Shown here one piece after another: positions 1-8,160 of a stretch of DNA of 64,000 bases. Where the stretch lies: the NCBI GenBank assembly GCA_963843845.1, contig CAWJMB010000002.1:1920001-1984000 (forward strand), in the 5' to 3' direction. The DNA is from an uncultured Gemmatimonadaceae bacterium. GTDB taxonomy: Bacteria; Gemmatimonadota; Gemmatimonadetes; Gemmatimonadales; Gemmatimonadaceae. The notes under the pieces are model-generated. The model did not search any database. It had not been told where the DNA came from and saw only the letters and a list, made by a program, of their open reading frames with translations. Position numbers and translations under genes: made by a program. Every line of letters begins with the position of its first letter. Position 1 is the stretch's first letter.

Positions 1-1328
1 CGGTCTGCCTCGGACTTCCGGGCTCGCTCCCCGTGTTGAACTACGAAGCCGTGCGACTCGCGACCCGCGCCGCGCTCGCGCTCGGCTGCGACGTGCAGGA
101 GTCGTCGGTCTTCGCGCGGAAGCATTACTTCTATCCCGACCTGCCGAAAGGCTACCAGATCTCGCAGTTCGATCAGCCGCTCGCGACGACAGGTCACGTG
201 CAGATCGGCGAGTATCCGGACGGCGCGCCGCTCAACGTCGGCGTCGAGCGTGTGCACCTCGAGGAAGACGCCGGCAAGTTGCTGCACGACCGGTTCGACG
301 GCGCGACCGCCATCGACCTCAATCGCACCGGAACGCCGCTCATCGAGATCGTGAGTCTCCCGGTCATGCGCTCGGCCGCCGAGGCGGGGGCGTACCTGCG
401 CGCGCTCAAGCAGATCATCGAGTACGTCGGGGCGAGCGACGCGAACATGGATGAGGGTTCCCTCCGCGTCGACGCGAACATCAGCATCCGGAAGCGCGGC
501 GACAGCACACTCGGCACGAAGGCGGAGATCAAGAACCTCAACTCGTTCTCGGCCGTCGAGCGTGCGCTGGAGGCCGAGTTCGCGCGTCAGGCGAGCGTGC
601 TCGACGCGGGAGGCACGATCTCGCAGCAGACGATGCTGTGGGACGACGCGCGGGGAACCACTCGTCCGGCGCGCTCGAAGGAGGGCAGTGACGACTACCG
701 CTACTTCCCGGACCCCGACCTGCCGCCGCTGATCCTGTCGAAGGAGTGGATCGAGGCACAGCGCGCGGAGCTGCCCGAGCTGCCCGGCGCGCTGCGCGCG
801 CGTCTGCGCGAGGCCCACGGCCTCACGCCCGCCGAGGTGGATGTGCTGACGGCCGATCCGGGCGTCGCCGTCTACTATGAAAGCGTCGCGCGGACCCATG
901 GCGACGCCAAGACCGTCGCGCATTGGGTGACGCGCGACGTGCTCGCGGTACTGAACGAGACGGGACGTAGTATCCAGGAGTTCGGGAGACAGGTCCGGCC
1001 GGCCGATCTGTCGGCGTTGCTCGACATGATCCGTGACGGCGTCGTCAGCCACTCCGCGGGCACGAAGGTCTTCGTGGCGATGGTGCGCTCCGGCGAGCCG
1101 CCCGGCGTCATCGCCGATCGCGCCGGGCTGCTGCAGGTGTCGGACGACGTGCAGCTCGCCCGGTGGCTCGACGAGGTCTTCGCCGAGCACCCCGACGAGG
1201 CGGCCCGCTTCGTCGCCGGCGAGCGGAAGCTGCAAGGGCCGCTCGTCGGTCACGTGATGAAGAAGTCGGCCGGACGCGCGGACCCGCGGAGGCTGAGCGC
1301 GATGCTCGCGGCCCGCATCGCGACGTGA
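1..1328 (+). CDS. gatB: Asp-tRNA(Asn)/Glu-tRNA(Gln) amidotransferase subunit B, 5' end outside the window
   Basis: Frame is open from the window edge (VCLGLPGSLPVLN). Motifs RKHYFYPDLPKGYQISQ, HLEEDAGK, GSLRVDANIS, EIKNLNS and YRYFPDPDLPP are present. Confidence 0.98.
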   Translation, partial: VCLGLPGSLPVLNYEAVRLATRAALALGCDVQESSVFARKHYFYPDLPKGYQISQFDQPLATTGHVQIGEYPDGAPLNVGVERVHLEEDAGKLLHDRFDGATAIDLNRTGTPLIEIVSLPVMRSAAEAGAYLRALKQIIEYVGASDANMDEGSLRVDANISIRKRGDSTLGTKAEIKNLNSFSAVERALEAEFARQASVLDAGGTISQQTMLWDDARGTTRPARSKEGSDDYRYFPDPDLPPLILSKEWIEAQRAELPELPGALRARLREAHGLTPAEVDVLTADPGVAVYYESVARTHGDAKTVAHWVTRDVLAVLNETGRSIQEFGRQVRPADLSALLDMIRDGVVSHSAGTKVFVAMVRSGEPPGVIADRAGLLQVSDDVQLARWLDEVFAEHPDEAARFVAGERKLQGPLVGHVMKKSAGRADPRRLSAMLAARIAT

Positions 1329-1373
1329 GCGTTGAGGGCGAGGCGTTCACCGCCTCCCCGTCCTGCCCACTCG

Positions 1374-2291
1374 TCAGCCGCGCGGCGCCTTGTACTCGGG
1401 CACGAAGAGCGGCGTTCTCAGTCCGTCGGCGTGGCCGAGCGATGATGTCGGCAGCCCGAACTGCCGGTCCGCTTCGTCGCGCGCCACCGCGAGTCCTCCC
1501 CGCCGCAGCGCCGCGCGCCGCACCTGTTTCGCCGCCGTGAGTGGCCCGTCGCCAGACGGATCGAGGCGGTACGGCTCGGAGTCCGTCCCGCGTCGGAGCC
1601 AGTCGATCACGTAGTCGAACGACAGCTTGAGCTGCCGCTCGACCTCGTCGTCCGCGAGATCCCAGCGGCTGTTCTGCCGCATGAGCCCGAAGATGCGCTG
1701 CCACGATTCGTTGTCCGCAGCGTGCACCATGCCACGGAAGATCCGCCGATTCGTCGACGTGCTGAAAATCGTCGGGCTGAGAATGCGATCGAGATGCTCG
1801 TCGGCGTGTGCGTGGTCGAGCATGATGAGCTCGCGCGCCTGTCGTGCGCACCGATCGCCCAGATGCGTCTCGAAGCGGCTCTCCCAGTAGCTGTGCCCGA
1901 GCGATGCGGTGCTCGCGGTGATCGCGAGTTGCCGCGGCACGAAGAAGTTGTGCGCCACGGCGTCGGCCGCGAGGTGCGCCTGGTATCCGAGCGCGAACGC
2001 CTGCAGCCGTTCCTCCGCCGCCCGCTCCGCGATCTCGAGTCCGACGTTCCACGAGTGACAGTGGCGTCCGGTCGGAACGTACTTCTTCGCGATGCTCGTG
2101 TCCGCCGCGATCGAGCCGTAGAGAAAGTCGCGTGGGTAGGCGCGAAGCAGCGTGGCGACCGCGGCCGGCAGCAGGTCGAGCGACCGCAGCACCGCCTCGC
2201 CGATGTAGACGTGCGTGCCCGGTGTCCACGCGTGCGCCGTCGACGGGAGCAGCGCGCCTAACGCGATCGCGCAGGCGACGCAGGCGAGCAC
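1374..2291 (-). CDS. Secreted zinc-dependent phospholipase C / S1-P1 nuclease-fold family protein
   Basis: Signal peptide ends STAHA, giving a mature N-terminal Trp (WTPGTH). Also FLYGSIAAD, GYQAHLAADAVAHN and HSYWESRFE zinc-ligand-type motifs. Start uncertain: GTG 2291 or an in-frame CTG at 2342. Confidence 0.75.
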   Translation of the reverse strand: MLACVACAIALGALLPSTAHAWTPGTHVYIGEAVLRSLDLLPAAVATLLRAYPRDFLYGSIAADTSIAKKYVPTGRHCHSWNVGLEIAERAAEERLQAFALGYQAHLAADAVAHNFFVPRQLAITASTASLGHSYWESRFETHLGDRCARQARELIMLDHAHADEHLDRILSPTIFSTSTNRRIFRGMVHAADNESWQRIFGLMRQNSRWDLADDEVERQLKLSFDYVIDWLRRGTDSEPYRLDPSGDGPLTAAKQVRRAALRRGGLAVARDEADRQFGLPTSSLGHADGLRTPLFVPEYKAPRG

Positions 2292-2338
2292 CGTCCGGAG
2301 CGTCAGCGTGTCTGACGCCCCGCCGATCGCGATCCCTG

Positions 2339-2670
2339 TCAGATGCCGAGCCGCCGCCGCTGCCGTCGCGCGACCTTGCGCAGCGAGCTGATCTCGCGCT
2401 TGAGCAGGTCGTCGAACGTGTCGCGCGCCTGGCGGCCGGCCCCCTGGATCCGATCGGCGACGTCTGACGCCTGCCGACGTCCGCGCTTCACGGCGCGGTC
2501 GCGCGCGAGGCGGATCACCGCACCCGCGGTCGGCTCGTCGGCGAACATGCGCGACAAGAGGAAGCCGAGCCCCGCGCCCACGGCCGCGCCCATCAGCGCC
2601 GCGGTCACGAGCGCGTCGTCTTCGGGCAGGGCGCCGGACTCGCGCGGCGCGGTCGCCGCGCCGCGCTCAC
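2339..2670 (-). CDS. YtxH-like small membrane-anchored protein (start uncertain)
   Basis: 3' part of ORF 2339..2983: a hydrophobic AALMGAAVGAGLGFLL anchor followed by an amphipathic basic helix. The GTG overlapping the upstream stop (2670) is one base out of frame, so either an indel or a later start. Confidence 0.55.
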
Positions 2671-3392
2671 GCGAGGCCGCCGAGCCCGCGCGGGCGGACG
2701 CGCGGCTCCCGCGCTCGCGGCGTGTCGTCGTCGCGGTCGTACTCGTTCCACGGGGCATCAGTCTCGTCCTCAAGTAGGTCGGGGCGTCGCGCCTCCAGAT
2801 CGGCGACGACGGGTGCGGGAGCGTGCAGCGCGGCGTCGCGCACGTCGCGCAGCGTGAGCTGCAGGGCGTCGCGCAGCGTCTCCATCCCGGTGCGCACGCC
2901 GCGCACCGTCGACGCCGTCGAGACGAACGCGCCTTCCGTCTCGTCCTGCATGACGGCGATGAGCGCGTCGAAATCGCGCGCACGCGCCTCGGCGCGCACG
3001 ATCGCCTCCTGCAGACGCGTGTTCGCGTCCGTCAGCGTCGCGCTGGCCCGCTGCACGTCCGCGCGGATCGCCGTCGACACGTAGTCGACATTGTCCGCGA
3101 TGCGGCTCGCGTGGTGTGCGATCGGATTCACGTCGGCGTACACGCGATCGAGCAAGTCGCTGATCTTCTGATAGCTCTTGCGGAAGTTCCACGCCGCCGG
3201 CACCACGGCGACGGTGAGCACGAGGAACGCGAGTGTCATCAGCGCCCGCAGGATCGCCGAGACCGTATCGAACCACCCGGCTTCGGGCGCGATGCTCCTC
3301 GTGACGATCGTGTCCGGCAGCGCGGCGGCCTGCGCGAGGAGCCACGATCCTGCGTTCCACATCAACGTGCCGGCTGCGTCCGAGAGGTGCAT
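2667..3392 (-). CDS. DUF948/YtxG-like membrane-anchored coiled-coil protein
   Basis: TM segment ([19 protein letters not shown]) followed by a long amphipathic helical region and an acidic tail. Sits directly upstream of the YtxH-like gene. Start approximate. Confidence 0.6.
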   Translation of the reverse strand: MHLSDAAGTLMWNAGSWLLAQAAALPDTIVTRSIAPEAGWFDTVSAILRALMTLAFLVLTVAVVPAAWNFRKSYQKISDLLDRVYADVNPIAHHASRIADNVDYVSTAIRADVQRASATLTDANTRLQEAIVRAEARARDFDALIAVMQDETEGAFVSTASTVRGVRTGMETLRDALQLTLRDVRDAALHAPAPVVADLEARRPDLLEDETDAPWNEYDRDDDTPRAREPRVRPRGLGGLA

Positions 3393-3596
3393 GAGCAAGA
3401 TCGAAGGAAGGGCGACGCCGCCGCGACCTGGCGTGCGCGCTGTTTCTCGCGTCGCGGGAGCGTGCAAGGGCGGGGCCAGCGCCCGCCCCGTCGCGCGCTG
3501 GCTGATGCTACAGCCGCGCCGTCGGCCCGGCTATCTATCTCGGCGCGCGGCGCGAAGATTCGCGCCGCGCGTCCGCTCGCGCACCGGAGTCGTCTC

Positions 3597-4907
3597 ATGC
3601 ATGCAAGTCACGCCGTGCAGTTCGTCGTCGAGGGGGGACACCGGCTCGCCGGCTCCATCCGTCCATCGGGGAACAAGAACGCAGCGCTTCCCATCGTGGC
3701 GGCAGCGCTGCTCACGGACGAGCCGGTCACCCTGCAGAATGTCCCGCGTATCCGCGACATCGAGACCCTCGTGGACCTCGTTCGCTCGCTCGGCGTCGAT
3801 GCCGAGTGGCGCGAGGCGAACACGCTGCACATCCACGCGCGACAGGTGGTCGCCGCGGAGCTCGACCGCGAGCTGTCGAAGAAGATCCGCGGCTCGATCC
3901 TGCTCGCCGGTCCGCTCCTGGGGCGCTGCGGACGGGTCGTGCTTCCACCGCCGGGCGGCGACGTCATCGGGCGCCGGCGCCTCGACACGCACTTCCTCGC
4001 ACTCGAGCGACTCGGCGCGCGCTTCTCGCTCACGGACGTGTTCTCGATCGAGACCGACGGCCTCCGCGGCGCCGACGTCTTCCTCGACGAGCCGAGCGTC
4101 ACGGGCACGGAGAACGCGCTGATGGCGGCGGCAATGGCCACGGGCACGACGGTGCTCCGCAACGCGGCGTGCGAGCCCCACGTGCAGGACCTCGCACACT
4201 TCCTCGTCGCGATGGGCGCCGAGATCGAGGGGATCGGCTCGAATCGGATGACGGTGCAGGGCGGGCGGCCGCTACATGGTACGACCTATCGCATCGGACC
4301 CGACCACATCGAGGTCGGGTCGTTCATCGGCCTCGCCGCCGTGACCCAGTCGGAATTGCGCATCGAGCGCGCCGGCGTCGAGCACCTTCGGTCGACGCTC
4401 ATGGGCTTCGCACGCCTCGGCATCGAATGCCGGATCGATGGCGACGATCTCGTCGTGCCTGCCGACCAGTCGCGGCGGATCCAGTCCGATCTGGGCGGGC
4501 ACATCCCGACGATCAGCGATCAGCCGTGGCCGGCCTTCCCGGCCGACGTCATGTCGATCGCGATCGTGGCGGCGACGCAGTGCGAGGGGATCGTGATGAT
4601 GCACGAGAAGATGTTCGAGTCGCGCATGTTCTTCGTCGACAAGCTGATCGGTATGGGCGCCCGCATCGTGCTCTGTGATCCCCACCGCGCGATCGTCGCC
4701 GGGCCGAGCCGGCTGCGCGGCGCGACGCTCGAGTCGCCCGACATCCGGGCGGGCATGGCGATGCTCATCGCCGCGCTCTGCGCCGACGGAACCAGCACGA
4801 TCGACAACGTCAGTCAGATCGAACGCGGCTACGAGCGGATCGACGAACGGTTGCGGACACTGGGCGCGCGCATCGAGCGCGTCGACGAGCGGCGCCAGGG
4901 AGCGTGA
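3597..4907 (+). CDS. murA: UDP-N-acetylglucosamine 1-carboxyvinyltransferase
   Basis: [44 protein letters not shown] and IERGYE motifs. ATG at 3597. Confidence 0.97.
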   Translation: MHASHAVQFVVEGGHRLAGSIRPSGNKNAALPIVAAALLTDEPVTLQNVPRIRDIETLVDLVRSLGVDAEWREANTLHIHARQVVAAELDRELSKKIRGSILLAGPLLGRCGRVVLPPPGGDVIGRRRLDTHFLALERLGARFSLTDVFSIETDGLRGADVFLDEPSVTGTENALMAAAMATGTTVLRNAACEPHVQDLAHFLVAMGAEIEGIGSNRMTVQGGRPLHGTTYRIGPDHIEVGSFIGLAAVTQSELRIERAGVEHLRSTLMGFARLGIECRIDGDDLVVPADQSRRIQSDLGGHIPTISDQPWPAFPADVMSIAIVAATQCEGIVMMHEKMFESRMFFVDKLIGMGARIVLCDPHRAIVAGPSRLRGATLESPDIRAGMAMLIAALCADGTSTIDNVSQIERGYERIDERLRTLGARIERVDERRQGA

Positions 4908-5653
4908 GCTTCGACCGGGGCGCCGGGATGCACGCCGATCCGACACCGAGCGACGCGCGCTACGCGGCCATCGACGCGTTCCACGATTGGGGCATTCGCG
5001 CGCTCCTCACGACGCGCGCTGCGGGGACCTTCGCGACCGCGAGCGACGAGCCGGCGGCGTCGGTCCTTGGCCGCTGGGATGCGCTGATGTCTCACCTGTT
5101 CGTCGAGGCGACGGGGGTGCGGCTCGCGACGGCCCGCCAGGTGCACGGGGCGAACGTGCTGGTGCACGAGCAAGGGTGGCGCGGCTGGCTGCGGGGGCCG
5201 GACGCCGACGGGCACGTCGCGCCGGAGCGAGGGACGGCGCTGGCCGTGTCGGTCGCCGATTGCGTCCCCGTGTTCGTGGCACACCCGGCTGGCGCGACCG
5301 CGCTGCTGCACTCCGGGTGGCGTGGCACCGAGGCGAACATCCTCGCGCGAGCGGTGCAGCTGCTCGGGGAGCGGAGGCTCGCCGCGAGCGAGCTGCGGAT
5401 CGTGCTCGGACCCGCGATCTGCGGTGCCTGCTACGAGGTGAGCCCAGACGTCTACGCGCGCATCACCGGCCACCGCGTTCCAGCGCCCCGGACCGTCGAC
5501 CTGCGCCAGGTGATCTCCGATCAGGCGCACGCGCTCGGCGTTCGCGACGTGCGGGCGGACCCACGCTGCACGCGCTGCGACAACGAGCAGTTCTTCTCGC
5601 ATCGGGCGGGCGACGCGGGGCGCCAGGTGGGGGTGATGGTGGCGTCCGTCTGA
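4904..5653 (+). CDS. pgeF: YfiH/PgeF family protein (peptidoglycan editing factor / purine nucleoside phosphorylase-like)
   Basis: [27 protein letters not shown] and FFSHR motifs. GTGA overlap with murA. Confidence 0.92.
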   Translation: MSFDRGAGMHADPTPSDARYAAIDAFHDWGIRALLTTRAAGTFATASDEPAASVLGRWDALMSHLFVEATGVRLATARQVHGANVLVHEQGWRGWLRGPDADGHVAPERGTALAVSVADCVPVFVAHPAGATALLHSGWRGTEANILARAVQLLGERRLAASELRIVLGPAICGACYEVSPDVYARITGHRVPAPRTVDLRQVISDQAHALGVRDVRADPRCTRCDNEQFFSHRAGDAGRQVGVMVASV

Positions 5654-5717
5654 CGCGCAACGCATTCAGAGCCAAAGAGTTGCGACTACGGAATCGCGTC
5701 CGAACGGTTCATCTCGC

Positions 5718-5746
5718 TTGACCGGGTCGAACGCGCCGTCTACCTT
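5718..5746 (+). promoter_or_regulatory. sigma70-type promoter of the rimP-nusA-infB operon
   Basis: TTGACC-N17-TACCTT upstream of rimP. Confidence 0.7.
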
Positions 5747-5779
5747 GAAGGCACGCGGCGACGGTGGGGTCGCCCGGGC

Positions 5780-5811
5780 AATGTGGGGGAGGTTCCCCAC
5801 ATTTTTTTGTT
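5780..5811 (+). terminator. rimP leader terminator-like hairpin (attenuator)
   Basis: AATGTGGGG...CCCCACATT stem followed by a T-run (TTTTTTTGTT), between the promoter and the rimP start. Confidence 0.7.
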
Positions 5812-5845
5812 GCCATGACGGCGTAGCTTCGGAGGCGGGCACGGG

Positions 5846-6313
5846 GTGGCTGACGCACTGGAAACGATTGTCACGACTGAACTTGAGACGCTCGGATTCG
5901 ATCTCGTCGAATTCCGGCGCCGCGGCAGTCGTGCGCGTCCGGTGCTCGAGCTCCGCGTCGAGCGGCGCGATCGGCAGCCGTTGCTCGTCGACGATTGCGC
6001 GCGGGTCTCGCGGGCGATCGAGGCGCGGCTCGACCAGTCGAAGGTCGCAGGCGACCGCTACGTTCTGGAGGTGTCGTCGCCGGGGATCGAGCGGCCGCTC
6101 CGAACGGCCGAGGACTGGCGCCGGTTCGTCGGCCAGCCGGCTGTGGTGACGGCGCCCGCGCTCCCGGGCGGGAAGGCGGAAGTCGACGTCGTGGCAGTCG
6201 CAGGAGAGCCGGGTAGCGAGGTCGCGACGGTGCGCGACGCGAAGGGGGCGGAGCACGCGCTGCCACTCGCATCGGTGTCCGAAGCCCGCCTGTCGTTCCA
6301 CTGGAATCGCTAG
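5846..6313 (+). CDS. rimP: Ribosome maturation factor RimP
   Basis: VDDCARVSR and YVLEVSSPGIERPL motifs. GGAGG SD. Directly upstream of nusA. Confidence 0.95.
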   Translation: MADALETIVTTELETLGFDLVEFRRRGSRARPVLELRVERRDRQPLLVDDCARVSRAIEARLDQSKVAGDRYVLEVSSPGIERPLRTAEDWRRFVGQPAVVTAPALPGGKAEVDVVAVAGEPGSEVATVRDAKGAEHALPLASVSEARLSFHWNR

Positions 6314-6326
6314 AGGATTTTCATAG

Positions 6327-7750
6327 ATGGCTGCGTCGCCCGACATTCTGAACGCGCTCCGCGAGCTGACGAACGCGAAGCAGCTCGACCGCGCCGAACT
6401 GCAGGGACTGCTGCAGGACGGCATCCTCGCTGCGCTCGCGAAGAAGTACGGCCCGACGGTCAGCGCCGAAGTCGACATCGACGACGAGACGGGACAGATC
6501 CGCATCGCGCTGCTCTTCACCGTCGTCGAGACGGTGACGGACTCCGCGCGCGAGATCTCGCTCGAGGAGGCGCGCTTCGAGGACGAGGAGTTCCAGCCTG
6601 GCGACATCCTCGAGCGCCCGATCGAGTTCGCGGAATTCGGCCGCGCCGCGGTGCAGGCGGCGAAGCAGCGCATCATCCAGCGTGTGCGCGAAGGGGAGCG
6701 CACGCGGATCAAAGACGAATTCTCCACGAAGGTCGGCGAACTCCTCTCCGGCGAGGTCCAGCAGATCGAGCGCGGCAAGCTCGTCATCATGCTGAACCGC
6801 TTCCGCGAGGCCGAGGCGATCATCCCGTATCGCGAGCAGAATCATCGCGAGCACTACCATCAGGGCGAGCCGATCCGTGCCGTGCTGAAGCGCGTCGAGG
6901 ACACGCCGAAGGGGCCGCGCCTGATCTTCAGCCGGTCCGACGCGCTGTTCGTGCAGGCGCTGTTCAAGCTGGAAGTGCCGGAGATCCAGCAGAACATCGT
7001 CGAGATTCGCGCCGGCGCTCGCGAGGTCGGCAGCCGGACGAAGATCGCGGTCTTCTCGCGCGACGACTCGGTCGATCCCGTCGGCGCGTGCGTCGGGCTC
7101 AAGGGCGCGCGCGTGCAGGCGGTGGTGAACGAGCTCGGGGGGAGCGCATCGACATCGTGCCCTGGTCGTCCGACCCGGAACGCTTCGCCAAGCTCGCCCT
7201 CGCTCCTGCCAAGGTCGCGCGGGTGCACAGCGATGCGAACACGCGGACGATCCAGGCGATCGTCGACGACGACCAGCTGTCGCTGGCCATCGGTCGGAAC
7301 GGCCAGAACGTGCGCCTCGCATCGGAGCTGACCGGATGGAAGATCGACCTCTACTCGAGTCGCGAGTGGCTGGACAAGGGCGGTGAGGAGCAGCTGTTCG
7401 GCAGCCAGGGAGGCGACGAGGAGATGCCCGACGTGAGCCTCGCCGAGCTCGAGGGAGTCGATCCGGCGATCGCCGCGGTGCTCGAGGAAGCCGGCTACCG
7501 AACGTTGAACGACATCATCGACCTCGACCGCGACGACTTCCTCCGCCTTCCCGGCATCGCGCCGCAGGAGGCCGATCGCCTCGTCGCGATCATCGAGGAG
7601 TTGACGACGATGGACGAGGACGAGGGCGCGACGGTTGCAGCCGACGCGGAGGATGCGACCGATGCGACCGATGCGGACGATGCGGCCGATGGGACCGACG
7701 CGGACGACGCGGCGGTGGACGCGGGCGCCGACGCTGACGTCGCGAAGTAG
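6327..7750 (+). CDS. nusA: Transcription termination/antitermination factor NusA, split by a one-base deletion in a G-run at 7137-7142
   Basis: FGRAAVQAAKQ, FKLEVPEI and DPVGACVG are in ORF 6327..7331. ERIDIVPW and LAIGRNGQNVRLASELTGWKID are in ORF 7088..7750. ELGGERI needs 7 G and only 6 are present. Confidence 0.95.
7643..7714 (+). repeat. Eight degenerate 9-bp tandem units (GAYGCGRMC-like) encoding the acidic D-A-x tail of NusA
   Basis: gacgcggag gatgcgacc gatgcgacc gatgcggac gatgcggcc gatgggacc gacgcggac gacgcggcg. Confidence 0.7.
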
Positions 7751-7767
7751 GCCGGATCAGCGCGGAG

Positions 7768-8151
7768 ATGACCCCCGACGTTGCGGACAAGGTGCTGCGC
7801 CTCCTCGGGCTCGGTGTTCGGAGCCGCGGCGCCGTGGTCGGAGTGGAACGGGTGCGTGAGGCAGCGTCGAAGGGCACGGTGGTGCTCGCCGTCGTGGCGA
7901 CAGACGTCTCCGCGCATAGCTTGGAGAAAGTGCTGCCGTTGCTCGCCGCCAAGCGAGTGCCGGTACTGAGCGGGCCGGGAGCGGAAGCGCTCGGACACGC
8001 CGTAGGGCGGGAACGAACGGCCGTCGTTGGCATCGTCGATCGGAACCTCGCACGCGGGGTCCGGAGCGCAGCCGGCGACGCGGTCGCGTCGGGCAGGACG
8101 CAGGGGCAGGAGCGTACCGCGGGTGCGCCGCGGACGAGCAGGGGCGATTAG
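7768..8151 (+). CDS. L7Ae/YlxQ family RNA-binding protein
   Basis: LRLLGLG, VVG...VR and LGHAVGR...AVVGIVDRNLA. Lies between nusA and infB. Confidence 0.85.
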   Translation: MTPDVADKVLRLLGLGVRSRGAVVGVERVREAASKGTVVLAVVATDVSAHSLEKVLPLLAAKRVPVLSGPGAEALGHAVGRERTAVVGIVDRNLARGVRSAAGDAVASGRTQGQERTAGAPRTSRGD

Positions 8152-8160
8152 GAGGGTGGC

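Noticed and set aside
2823..3596. Long N-terminal extensions in the ORF track for murA, and likewise tatD, murI, secD, lpxH, lpxB, bamA and bshC
   Set aside because: The extensions overlap neighbouring genes or promoters and look like non-coding-frame translation. Downstream starts match the family N-termini.
7643..7714. Tandem repeats as a CRISPR array
   Set aside because: In-frame 9-bp coding repeats with no spacers and no cas genes.
6327..7750. nusA, prfB and murJ as pseudogenes or new programmed frameshifts
   Set aside because: These are essential genes with intact motifs on both sides of each break, and the breaks lack recoding signals. Sequencing error is more parsimonious, except for the canonical prfB site.
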